A stretch of 64,000 nt of DNA from an uncultured Gammaproteobacteria bacterium (lineage in GTDB: Bacteria > Patescibacteriota > Patescibacteriia > UBA1558 > GWA2-36-10): assembly GCA_964633905.1 (NCBI GenBank), contig CAZWIT010000001.1, positions 141,861 to 205,860 on the forward strand, given 5' to 3'. The notes below the pieces were generated by a model, which saw nothing but the letters and a program-made list of their open reading frames with translations, had not been told where the DNA came from and did no database searches. Positions 12,001 through 20,546 of the stretch are shown here, one piece after another; within the stretch, counting starts at the first letter, position 1; each line of letters begins with the position of its first letter. A program made the position numbers and the translations under genes.

Positions 12001-14419
12001 AGCATTTTATGCGGTAATGGACGACCAGGCTCATCCGATTGAATCAATTTATACTGATGTTGGCTCAGGCGTGATTTATACTAATTTTAGTCACCGTACT
12101 GCTTCTACTGATATGATGCGAGCTAATAGTATGGGTGCAGAAAAAGGTTGTTTCTTGTCAGGTACCGATATTTTGATGGCTGACGGTAGCTCAAAGAATA
12201 TCGAAGACGTGATCGTTGGTGATCAAGTTTTGACTTTAGCTGATCCGAGGGAGAGTAGGAAAACGGTCGGTACTGTCACTGAACTATATCGTCATACGGT
12301 TGGTAAATATTTGATTATTAATAATAAGCTAAAAGTAACTCCAGAGCATTTAATTTATACTAATTTTAGCTTTCGTCCAGCTTCTAGTTTAAAAATCGGT
12401 GACTGGTTGCTGACAGCTGATAATGAATTAATCTATATTAATTCTATAGAAACTAAAGACGAAATAGTGCCAGTTTATAATTTTAGAGTGGATCCGCAAC
12501 ATACTTTTTTTGCTAATGGATTTTTTGTTCATAATGAAAAAGGTGGTGGACCTAGAGAATTTTTTACCGATGCGGCCCTATTTCAAACAGTTAAAACCAG
12601 TAGTAATGGTGCAGTAAGCACTAGCTTTAAGTTGCCAGACAATATCACTTCTTGGCGGGTAACAGCTCAAGGCGTGAGTTCTAATATTGATGTTGGTTTA
12701 AATGTTTCTAAAATTCCAGTATCTTTGCCAGTTTTTGTGGATGTTACTATTGGTAAAGAATATTTAAGTGGTGATGAGCCAGTCGCTCGTTTGCGCTCTT
12801 TTGGTTCAGTTTTAAATAGTACTGATAGTTTGACTATGAGTTTATCAGCTCCTGATTTAGGCATTGAGACTCCGCAAACTAAAACTACGACTGCTTTTAA
12901 GTCCGAGTACTTTACTTTGCCTAGTTTAAGCGAGGGTAGCTACGACATTGTTTATTCTTTAGATTCAAGTAAGGGCAAAGACAGTGTTAAGTTACCATTA
13001 AAGGCTTTGAGCTCACTACTTACTGCCCAGTCTACTAATATTCAGGAGGCAACAGCCGATTTAGTAGTAGAAAATAAATCCAAGATACCATTGGCTGTTA
13101 ATTTTTCCGATCGAGAACGTAGCGCTGTCTTTAAAACTTTGGCTAAACTGACTTGGTCCGGTGGCGCTCGGATTGATCAGGGCTTAGCTAGAAAGATGAG
13201 TAGGCAGATATTAGAAGAAAAATTTGGCTGGCATAAATCTGATCCAGAATTTTCAGCTTTTAAATATCAAATGGCTAGCGGCGGTTTGACACTTTTGCCT
13301 TATAGTAGCGAAGATCTAGAATTATCAGCTCGAGTCGCAGCTTTGCATGTCAACGGTTTTGATAATATGGCTTTAACAAATTATTTTTTCAAAAAACTTG
13401 AAGATAAAAAAAGCACTCCCGAAGAAGTGACATTGGCCTTGTATGGCTTGTCAGCTATGGGTGAGCCAATTTTACCTAGACTTGAGGCTTGGGCAAAACG
13501 CGAAGATTTAAAACCAAAAGAACGTTTATATTTAGCTTTAGCTTATTATCAAGCTGGCTCTAGTGAAAAAGCGCGGGATATTTATTTTAATATTATGGAG
13601 CAATATGCCCAGGTTAAAGAGCCGCATGTTATTGTTAAAGTTAGTGATAACGAAGATGAGGTGTTAGAATTTACTACTTTAACAGCAGTGCTGGCAGCTT
13701 ATTTAAATGAAGCGCAGCAATATGGCATGATTGATTGGTTGCATTACTATCGACCTAATGATATTTTGTTATATTTAGAAGATTTAAATTATGCCATTGC
13801 TCACTTGCATAATCTAACGGACACTAACAGAAGTGTTAAATTTAGTGTTAACAATGAAGAAGTGACAGCTGAATTGAAGATGCCAAGCTTTTCTTATGCT
13901 TTTGAGTTAGCGGCGGGGCAGTCGTTAAAAGTTTTAAACGCTGATTCAGATATTATGTTGGCGACTAGTCAGCCAGTGCCGATTAGTCTTAGTGATATTA
14001 CTCCTGATGCTAGTCTGGTTTTAAAAAGAGAATATTTTGTAAATAATAAAAAAGTTAATACTTTTAAAGAAAATGATTTGATTGAAGTTAGATTATATAC
14101 TGATTTTAAAGAAGGCGCTTTAGATGGTTCTTATCAGATTACGGATGTGTTGCCAGCTGGCTTGTTGCCAATGAGCAGAGTCTATAATGGCTATAAGACT
14201 GAGGATTGTCATTATTATTACCCTTATTATTTAGAAGGACAAAAAGTAAAATTTATAGTTAGTAAAAATTGGAAGAAAAGTGTTTGCTCTGACTATATTA
14301 AATACTATGCTCGCGTCAAAACCAAAGGTAAATACAGGGCCGAGCCAGCTATTATACAATCAATGCTCAATAGTGATTATCTAAATTTTTCTAGTGAAGA
14401 TAAGGTGCAGATTGAATAA
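9002..14419 (+). CDS. giant (1805 aa) membrane-anchored extracellular multidomain protein; possibly alpha-2-macroglobulin/Ig-like-domain family, with embedded Hint/BIL domain
   Basis: Single uninterrupted ORF; N-terminal TM anchor; long beta-rich middle; helical C-terminal third; no CxEQ thioester motif, so the A2M assignment is tentative. Confidence 0.8.
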   Translation: MIKKLFSKEYLKGTAKRKVVAIIAIIISVGLVLASVFYFSGGWDRFKVKFGKQPSLFDGFSKLILNGANAQDNFDLEAVGADSLGIDVDTSFILTSKDDVSTEDVEKIIKLSPAIAYALEEKDKNKWEIKPKEPLNPNDIIRISMATAYVAEEGKEQSRYYDWAFQVKDSFKILNTIPRDTGVSVPVNSGIEITFSHENFYDYEKYFSLEPSVEGRFEKHGRTLVFVPKEPLALSQIYRVTLKQGLALSDSQEVLASDYTFAFETIQKKFQLRSSDRDPWLYLHEKLQDFAINEAPLLFLSAMNIPQDTLEVNVYPLAGQSEYIEILDKRDQYPWWSYSKDNQLVDLQNKNKLNSWKLKIEQQNNNQFIHFPEGLPKGYFVVEIKNGDINDQAILQISNASAYVNVAKDKTVVWVADLAAKKPASNAQVELLGDSQKYNGDAQGVASFTTPGQLTKEAFDKKDNKRYYFKASFGDESLIIPASYLSPYYGYWSNDIQANYWQYFYTDRPLYQPTDTIKFWGLLKLRNKQDSSNDQMKVELYKAGYVDYYYRPVMISEQSLSIDSDGIYSGQIDIKDLRSDYYYLQVKVGEQIVATKYLQVNPYEKPAYNLTLTPEKKAAFAGQEIKLTGLATYFEGTPVPNLALVFNTGSGSQKVTTDSEGKVNLVYTEKYNDCQSEYSCWPRNAWLELRPESSELADISASASLTFYGPSVYATQKVTYSDTAKGRLEIKTKKVDLNKAETPYWWGYDDKEAQIAPNVKIEGEVKQINYKRIETGTAYDFINKVSHKTYRYERSEKIVDNFVGISDGNGTYVYERQVEPETSYEISLKYYDSEGRYDVTRSYMYYSVGNRIYNYNGYNFDYYHLKLDKEEYSVSDEVVVDFLKNEENLPSNDNNYYLYLQHQNGLREYAVTQNSKYAFFFTNDDIPNVNLTGVYFNGRAFINTWGDSVRLKKADKTMSIDIKTDKEKYQPGEEVKLDIVTKNAKGEPVSAAVNLNLIDEAFYAVMDDQAHPIESIYTDVGSGVIYTNFSHRTASTDMMRANSMGAEKGCFLSGTDILMADGSSKNIEDVIVGDQVLTLADPRESRKTVGTVTELYRHTVGKYLIINNKLKVTPEHLIYTNFSFRPASSLKIGDWLLTADNELIYINSIETKDEIVPVYNFRVDPQHTFFANGFFVHNEKGGGPREFFTDAALFQTVKTSSNGAVSTSFKLPDNITSWRVTAQGVSSNIDVGLNVSKIPVSLPVFVDVTIGKEYLSGDEPVARLRSFGSVLNSTDSLTMSLSAPDLGIETPQTKTTTAFKSEYFTLPSLSEGSYDIVYSLDSSKGKDSVKLPLKALSSLLTAQSTNIQEATADLVVENKSKIPLAVNFSDRERSAVFKTLAKLTWSGGARIDQGLARKMSRQILEEKFGWHKSDPEFSAFKYQMASGGLTLLPYSSEDLELSARVAALHVNGFDNMALTNYFFKKLEDKKSTPEEVTLALYGLSAMGEPILPRLEAWAKREDLKPKERLYLALAYYQAGSSEKARDIYFNIMEQYAQVKEPHVIVKVSDNEDEVLEFTTLTAVLAAYLNEAQQYGMIDWLHYYRPNDILLYLEDLNYAIAHLHNLTDTNRSVKFSVNNEEVTAELKMPSFSYAFELAAGQSLKVLNADSDIMLATSQPVPISLSDITPDASLVLKREYFVNNKKVNTFKENDLIEVRLYTDFKEGALDGSYQITDVLPAGLLPMSRVYNGYKTEDCHYYYPYYLEGQKVKFIVSKNWKKSVCSDYIKYYARVKTKGKYRAEPAIIQSMLNSDYLNFSSEDKVQIE
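12149..12535 (+). other. Hint (intein-like / BIL) domain, about 129 aa, inside the giant CDS (C1050..N1178)
   Basis: Block A CFLSGTDILMADG, block B TPEH, block F/G VYNFRVDPQHTFFANGFFVHN; the residue after HN is Glu, not C/S/T. Confidence 0.7.
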
Positions 14420-15318
14420 TGAAGTTAGTAGTTAAAATAATAATCGTTTGTGTTATTTGTGGGGCACTAATAATTTTTAGTGCCTTTTGGCGTCGTGATT
14501 TTGATCAAGTTAACTTAGAGGATAATACAACTACTTTATTTTTAAGACCAATTGAATCACAGGCAATGTTTTATGATCCTATGAATTTTCAGCAGGCGAT
14601 ATTGTCAGCAGAAAATGTGCATTCTAAAAATAATATACAAGCGATTATGGTGCCACAGCATCTAGTAGCTTCTAGTTTAATGGCTCAAGCAATAAAGCAA
14701 GCGGCTGGCCGTGAGATTGAAACAGTCTTTATTATTGGACCTAATCATTTTAATGTTGGTACTGCGGATATTGCGACAGCTAGGGCAGTTTGGAAAACAG
14801 ACTTAGGTGATGTCGAAAGCGATACAAAATTGGTTAATAAATTTATCACAGATTTAAATTTACTCTCTGGACCGGAAATCTTTAGCAACGAGCATGCTGT
14901 TGGCGCTTTGGTGCCTTTTGTAAAATATTATCTACCGCAAGCCAGAATCGTGCCAATTGTTTTTCGTTCTTATGCTGATTTAGGCGATGTGGATCAAGTA
15001 GTAAATTGGTTAGCTGATAATTTACCCAAAAAAAGTTTAGTTATTTATTCTATTGATTTTTCCCATTATTTACCTAGGGAGCAAGCAGATGAAATGGATA
15101 AATTGACTAGAGAATATATTATCAATAATGATTTAGACCAGATCATAAAATTAGGCGATGATAATTTAGATTCACCAGCTAGTCTGGCTACGGCTTTATC
15201 TTTAGCGCAGAAAAAAAATTGGCACTTAGAAATTGTAGCCAATAAAAATTCGGATGATTTTACTAAAGTGAAGTCAAAACAAACTACTAGTTATTTTTTA
15301 ATTAATTTTTCGGATTAG
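14419..15318 (+). CDS. MEMO1 / AmmeMemoRadiSam-system protein B family (class III extradiol dioxygenase-like fold), with N-terminal TM
   Basis: 299 aa; GPNH and NEHAVGALVPF motifs; start codon overlaps stop of giant gene (TAATG). Confidence 0.5.
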   Translation: MKLVVKIIIVCVICGALIIFSAFWRRDFDQVNLEDNTTTLFLRPIESQAMFYDPMNFQQAILSAENVHSKNNIQAIMVPQHLVASSLMAQAIKQAAGREIETVFIIGPNHFNVGTADIATARAVWKTDLGDVESDTKLVNKFITDLNLLSGPEIFSNEHAVGALVPFVKYYLPQARIVPIVFRSYADLGDVDQVVNWLADNLPKKSLVIYSIDFSHYLPREQADEMDKLTREYIINNDLDQIIKLGDDNLDSPASLATALSLAQKKNWHLEIVANKNSDDFTKVKSKQTTSYFLINFSD

Positions 15319-15517
15319 TTTTTTTATTATTTTCACTATAAATAGCTCCAGTTGGGCAGAGTTCTTGTATATCTTTAGTTAAAATAGCATCAGGATTAAT
15401 TATTTGAATTTTGTTATTTTTAAATGCAAAGATATCAGGATAAAATTGCGCGCAAATACCGCAGGCAATACAGCTGCCGGTTTTTATTTTGATTGGTTGA
15501 TTTGCTTTTTCTGCCAT
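15302..15517 (-). CDS. 4Fe-4S ferredoxin
   Basis: 71 aa; CIACGICAQFYP cluster motif; 3' end overlaps convergent upstream gene. Confidence 0.7.
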   Translation of the reverse strand: MAEKANQPIKIKTGSCIACGICAQFYPDIFAFKNNKIQIINPDAILTKDIQELCPTGAIYSENNKKTNPKN

Positions 15518-15529
15518 TTTTCTAATTTT

Positions 15530-16981
15530 TTAGAGTTTACCTAAATCAAGAGTTTGAGTAAATTTTATTTCTTTTACAAAATCTGACATATGGCTAATTA
15601 AAATTATAGCGCCCTGATATTCATTAATGGCTTGGGCAATTACCGGTATGTGTCTAAAATTAATATGGTTAGTTGGCTCATCTAAAATTAATAAGCCTGG
15701 CTTCATGAGCACCAAGCGAGCAAAGGAAAGCAAGCCTTTTTGGCCTTCAGATAGATTAGAAATTTTGTGCCCCATGAGCTCACCAGTAATTAAAAAACCA
15801 GCAGCTACAGCTCGCATTTCTTGAATATCAATTTTATCAGTTAAAACAGATTGTAAAGAGTCAAAAACAGTTTGTTCATAATCCAAAGTGGCAAAGTCTT
15901 GGCTATAGTAGCCGATTTTAGTATTTTCTAAAATAATGGCACCTTCATTATGATTATCGACTAAAGAGCGTAGCAGGGTGCTTTTGCCAATGCCATTTGG
16001 TCCCGAAACAAGCAAGCGGTCTTTTTGTCTTAAAACAATTTCTACATCTTTTACTATTGGCTCGTGGTTTTTGATTATTTTTACAGCATTGATAGTAACG
16101 ATATTACCGACAATGCCTTGAGCAGGAATTGTAAATTCTCTAATGGTTTTATCTTCGCGTCTGACATCCACTTTATTTTCTTCTAGTTCTTCAATCTCTT
16201 CTTTTAATTTGCTAGCTAAGCGGCGCATTTTTCCACCTTTATTAGAGAAAAAATTTACTTTTTGTTTATTATCTTCAATTTCTTTTTCTAGTTGAGCGTT
16301 TTTCTTTCTTTCTCTTTCAATTCTTTCATTGATCTCATCAACTACGGAATAATAGTCGCCCACATAAGTCTCTATTTTTTTAGTAAAAACATCAAGGTAA
16401 ATTACGCCTTCAGTAAAACAATTTAAAAAGTCAGCGTCATGGGAAATGACAATGACAGTTTTATCATACATGACTAAAAAGGAAATTAAGTGATCAATAC
16501 CAGCTTTATCTAAATTGTTAGTGGGCTCATCTAGTAGTAAAATATCAGGATTTTGGATTAAAGCAAAAGCAAGTAGGATGCGAGCTTGTTGACCACCGGA
16601 TAATTCCGATAATTTTCTTTCTAAGGGAATATTTAAGTTAACAGCTTCTAATACTTTATTAATTTGACTTTTTAAATTACCAGGTACTTCCAAAAAAGCT
16701 TTAGCAAAGTAATCTTCAATATTCAAATCTAAGTCGTTTTTATCAATTACTTGAGCAGCGGTAGCAATAGTAGCGTTATTGGTAATAAAAACATTGCCTT
16801 TAGTTGGCTTGATGTCACCTTTGATTAATTTAAAAATAGTACTTTTGCCAGCGCCATTTTGACCCATTAAAGTTATTTTAGCACCAGTTCTGACACTAAA
16901 AGAAACATCGTCGAGTAATAATTTTTTCTCGGCGTATTCAAATTTTACATTACTAAAGCGCAAGATTACTTCTTCGGCCAT
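15530..16981 (-). CDS. ABC-F family ATPase (two tandem ABC domains, no TM)
   Basis: 483 aa; two Walker A (GQNGAGKST, GPNGIGKST) and two LSGGQ/LSEGQ signatures with charged linker. Confidence 0.85.
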   Translation of the reverse strand: MAEEVILRFSNVKFEYAEKKLLLDDVSFSVRTGAKITLMGQNGAGKSTIFKLIKGDIKPTKGNVFITNNATIATAAQVIDKNDLDLNIEDYFAKAFLEVPGNLKSQINKVLEAVNLNIPLERKLSELSGGQQARILLAFALIQNPDILLLDEPTNNLDKAGIDHLISFLVMYDKTVIVISHDADFLNCFTEGVIYLDVFTKKIETYVGDYYSVVDEINERIERERKKNAQLEKEIEDNKQKVNFFSNKGGKMRRLASKLKEEIEELEENKVDVRREDKTIREFTIPAQGIVGNIVTINAVKIIKNHEPIVKDVEIVLRQKDRLLVSGPNGIGKSTLLRSLVDNHNEGAIILENTKIGYYSQDFATLDYEQTVFDSLQSVLTDKIDIQEMRAVAAGFLITGELMGHKISNLSEGQKGLLSFARLVLMKPGLLILDEPTNHINFRHIPVIAQAINEYQGAIILISHMSDFVKEIKFTQTLDLGKL

Positions 16982-17144
16982 TTAAGTTAAATTAAACTAT
17001 AAAGAGAGTCAAGAAATTGACTCAAGATTGGTGCTTATCATCTCATAATTTTCCTAGATTGTCAACGTTTATAGACTAGTGTCTTATTTAATTTATTTTA
17101 AAAAATTGACTTTATAATTATCCAAATTATGTTATAATTTCTAT

Positions 17145-17318
17145 ATGAATAAAAGTGTGCGGATTATAAAAATAATATCTCTTATCCTATTAATATTGTT
17201 TGGCATTTTTTTATTTTTTTATGGAGGCTATGACGATAGCCCGGGCGCTCAATTATTAGGGCTAGTGCTGGCTGTAACAGCTTTTGTATTTTTATTAAAG
17301 AAAAAGAAAAATTCTTAG
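17145..17318 (+). CDS. small membrane protein (57 aa), speculative
   Basis: Intergenic ORF with two hydrophobic helices; no clear SD. Confidence 0.25.
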   Translation: MNKSVRIIKIISLILLILFGIFLFFYGGYDDSPGAQLLGLVLAVTAFVFLLKKKKNS

Positions 17319-17400
17319 TTATAATATTATTATTTTTTATTGACCGCAGGCTATAATTTGCTATAATTATAGTCCTTTTAGTATTAATTTTGTTAATCTT

Positions 17401-18681
17401 ATGAAAATAAAAAGTATTGAAGCGCTAGAGATTTTAGACTCACGTGGTAACCCGACTGTCGAAGCTAGTGTGATTTTAGAAGATGGTTCTGTGGGCAGAG
17501 CAGCGGTGCCATCTGGTGCTTCCACTGGTAGCTATGAAGCTGTCGAATTACGTGATAATGATCCCAAGCGTTATAATGGTTTAGGTGTTTTAAATACAGT
17601 TAAAAATATTGAAACTATTATTGCCCCAGCTTTAGTGGGTCTTGAAGCAGGTGAGCAAAACCAGATTGACCAAGTTATGATTGATTTAGATGCTACTGAT
17701 AATAAAGCTAAGCTTGGCGCTAATGCTATTTTAGCAGTATCTCTGGCTACTGCCCGTGCTCAAGCTGAGTCAGAAAAAAAACCACTCTATGAATATTTAA
17801 GTAAATTTAATCCTGATTTTGCTGGCGATTATTTTTTGCCTTTGCCTATGATGAATATTATGAATGGCGGTAAGCATGCTAATTGGGCAACTGATATTCA
17901 GGAATACATGATTTTACCAATTGGCGCTAAGAATATGACTGATGCTGTTAGGATGTGTGCAGAAGTATATTTTAACTTAAAGAAAATTTTAAAAGCCAAA
18001 GGCTATGAAATCAGCGTTGGTGATGAAGGTGGTTTTGCACCAGCTGTCAAATCAAACAGTGAACCATTTGAATTAATGTCAGAAGCTGTACAAATTGCAG
18101 GCTACACCTTAGGTACAGATATTATTTTTGGCATTGATGCAGCTGCTACTGAGTTTTACCAAAATGGTGTTTATGAACTTAAAAAAGAAGCTAAAAATTT
18201 AAATAGTGCCGAACTAGCTGATTTTTATTTAGAAATTATTAAAAAATACCCAATCAAAACCGTGGAAGATATTTTTAGTGAAGATGATTGGAATGGTTTT
18301 AAAGATTTTTTAAACAAAACTGAAAATAAGATCCAGATTGTTGGTGATGATTTGTATGTGACTAATATCAAACGCTTGCAGCAGGGCATAGACACTAAAG
18401 CTTCTAATTCAATTTTAATCAAATTAAATCAAATCGGCACACTTAGCGAAACTATTGAGGCTATACTTTTGGCTCGTAAAAATAACATGACAGCTGTTAT
18501 TTCCCATCGTAGTGGTGAAACTGAAGACGCTTTTATTGCCGATCTTGCAGTAGCTTTAGGTACTGGGCAAATAAAGACAGGCGCACCAGCGCGTAGTGAA
18601 CGTACAGTAAAATATAATCGTTTACTTAAGATAGAAAAAGAATTAGGCGCCAAAGCTATTTTAAAGAAATTTCCTTTTTAG
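17401..18681 (+). CDS. eno: enolase (phosphopyruvate hydratase)
   Basis: 426 aa; the whole sequence is colinear with enolase (SRGNPTVE..., SHRSGETED). Confidence 0.95.
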   Translation: MKIKSIEALEILDSRGNPTVEASVILEDGSVGRAAVPSGASTGSYEAVELRDNDPKRYNGLGVLNTVKNIETIIAPALVGLEAGEQNQIDQVMIDLDATDNKAKLGANAILAVSLATARAQAESEKKPLYEYLSKFNPDFAGDYFLPLPMMNIMNGGKHANWATDIQEYMILPIGAKNMTDAVRMCAEVYFNLKKILKAKGYEISVGDEGGFAPAVKSNSEPFELMSEAVQIAGYTLGTDIIFGIDAAATEFYQNGVYELKKEAKNLNSAELADFYLEIIKKYPIKTVEDIFSEDDWNGFKDFLNKTENKIQIVGDDLYVTNIKRLQQGIDTKASNSILIKLNQIGTLSETIEAILLARKNNMTAVISHRSGETEDAFIADLAVALGTGQIKTGAPARSERTVKYNRLLKIEKELGAKAILKKFPF

Positions 18682-18682
18682 T

Positions 18683-20188
18683 ATGTCAAATAAAGTAGTT
18701 TTAGTGATTTGTGATGGCTTGGGTTATCGAGAAGCCAAAGAACACAATGCAGTGCTGGCAGCAGACACTCCTAATTTAGATAGTTTTAAAGCCAGTTTCC
18801 CTTTTGCCCTTTTGGCAGCCAGCGGTGAAGCTATTGGCTTGCCCGAAGGGCAGATGGGTACCTCCGAAGCCAATCATCTAGTAATTGGTTCAGGTCGGAT
18901 TATTTATCAAAATTTAGTTAAAATAAATCGGGCTGCTAAAAATAAAGAATTAGAAAGCAATTCAGCTATTTTGGAAGCTTTTGAGCATGTTAAAAAACAT
19001 AATAGCGCTTTACATATCAAAGGTATGGTGTCAGATGGCGGCGTCCATGGTCATATTGAGCATCTAAAAGCTTTAGTAGCAGCTGCTAAAGTGCATGGTG
19101 TTAGTAAAATATTTTTACATTTATTTACCGATGGTCGCGATGTAGCTCCGCAAAGTGCTAAAAATTATATTCAAGATTTAGAAAACTTTTTAGAAAACGC
19201 TGGTGTTGGTAAAATTGCTTCCTTGGGTGGCAGATATTGGGGTATGGATAGAGATAATAATACTGATAGAATTGAAAAACATTTTTTGGTCATGACTAGG
19301 GGTTCCGAGCAAAAATTTAAAAAGGCCTTAGATATTATCGAGCATAATTATCAGGCTGGTTTAAATGATGAATTTATTGAACCAGCTTCGATAGAGCTTG
19401 AGGAAGAAGGTGAGGGCTTAATTGCTGCTAACGATGCAGTAGTGTTTGCTAACTTTCGTTCTGATAGAGCCAGGCAGATTACTAAAAGGATCATTGATGA
19501 AAGAATTGATAATCTAAAATATGTAGCTATGACCAAATACGATGACGAATTAGATGTTCGCGTTGCTTTTGGTCCAGAAGAAATTAATAATTGTTTAGCG
19601 GAAGTTTTAGCTAAGCGCAATTTGAAACAACTAAAAGTTACCGAAACAGAAAAATTTACGCACCTGACTTTTTTCTTTAATGCGCAAAGATATGAGCCTT
19701 GGGAAAAAGAAGAGCGGATTATGATTGCCAGTAATAAAGATGTGAAAACTCATGATGAAAAACCAGTAATGAAAGCTAAAGAGATTGCTCAAGCTGTAGT
19801 GTCAGCTATTGAAAGTGATCAATATGATTTTATTGCGGTCAATCTTACTAATTGCGATATGGTGGGACATTCTGGCAATTTTCCAGCTATTGTCAAAGCA
19901 GTTGAGGCAGTGGATAGTGCCTTAGGTGAGATTGCGCAAAGTGCTTTAAAACAAGCTTATACTTTATTAATTACGGCTGATCATGGTAATGCTGAAGAAA
20001 CTTTTGATCCAAAAATAAACCAAGCCATCACTTCGCACACTCTCAATGCAGTACCGTTTTATTTGATTTCAAAAAAGTATGATAAAATAAAGCGTAGTCA
20101 AGGAAACTTGAGTGATGTAGCGCCGACTATTTTGAAATTAATGGATTTAGAAATTCCAGCGGAAATGACAGGTGAGTCATTTGTTTAA
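18683..20188 (+). CDS. gpmI: 2,3-bisphosphoglycerate-independent phosphoglycerate mutase
   Basis: 501 aa; iPGM N- and C-terminal motifs (VLVICDGLG, ADHGN). Confidence 0.9.
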   Translation: MSNKVVLVICDGLGYREAKEHNAVLAADTPNLDSFKASFPFALLAASGEAIGLPEGQMGTSEANHLVIGSGRIIYQNLVKINRAAKNKELESNSAILEAFEHVKKHNSALHIKGMVSDGGVHGHIEHLKALVAAAKVHGVSKIFLHLFTDGRDVAPQSAKNYIQDLENFLENAGVGKIASLGGRYWGMDRDNNTDRIEKHFLVMTRGSEQKFKKALDIIEHNYQAGLNDEFIEPASIELEEEGEGLIAANDAVVFANFRSDRARQITKRIIDERIDNLKYVAMTKYDDELDVRVAFGPEEINNCLAEVLAKRNLKQLKVTETEKFTHLTFFFNAQRYEPWEKEERIMIASNKDVKTHDEKPVMKAKEIAQAVVSAIESDQYDFIAVNLTNCDMVGHSGNFPAIVKAVEAVDSALGEIAQSALKQAYTLLITADHGNAEETFDPKINQAITSHTLNAVPFYLISKKYDKIKRSQGNLSDVAPTILKLMDLEIPAEMTGESFV

Positions 20189-20204
20189 AATTATTAGCAA
20201 ATAA

Positions 20205-20250
20205 AATAACCTCACTGGCATGTCGCATTTAGCACAAGTGAGGTTATACT
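20205..20250. terminator. bidirectional intrinsic terminator
   Basis: aacctcactgg...ccagtgaggtt hairpin between convergent genes. Confidence 0.5.
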
Positions 20251-20267
20251 ATTAGCTAGAAGCTTGC

Positions 20268-20453
20268 TTATTTCTTTTTTTGCTGATGATGTCGCCAGTC
20301 CAATGCAAGCATGGTTAGCAGATAGGCGCATGCTGGGCCCGTGCCATAAATATCTTTTATTATCCAGCCTAGGGCAGTGATAGCTGCCGCAATGAGAAAG
20401 CGGGTAGTTTCGCTCTTTAGGCCGTAAAACCAGTGAAAAAAACGACTGATCAT
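20268..20453 (-). CDS. small membrane protein (61 aa from internal ATG with AGGAG SD; 80 aa if from first ATG)
   Basis: Minus-strand ORF; SD AGGAGCAAGG precedes ATGATC; one TM helix; GC above local background. Confidence 0.35.
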   Translation of the reverse strand: MISRFFHWFYGLKSETTRFLIAAAITALGWIIKDIYGTGPACAYLLTMLALDWRHHQQKKK

Positions 20454-20546
20454 CCTTGCTCCTGTCGTTTGGGTTTGATGAACAAATTTAATTAATAACA
20501 TATTTTTCATTTTTTGTCAATCATAATATAAAAAATAAATATATAT

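Noticed and set aside
12149-12535. Canonical splicing mini-intein
   Set aside because: The +1 residue after the terminal HN is Glu, so a BIL-type autoprocessing domain is more plausible than a splicing intein.
9002-14419. Canonical thioester-containing alpha-2-macroglobulin
   Set aside because: No CxEQ motif anywhere in the protein and only five Cys outside the Hint domain, so at most it is an A2M-like scaffold without thioester.
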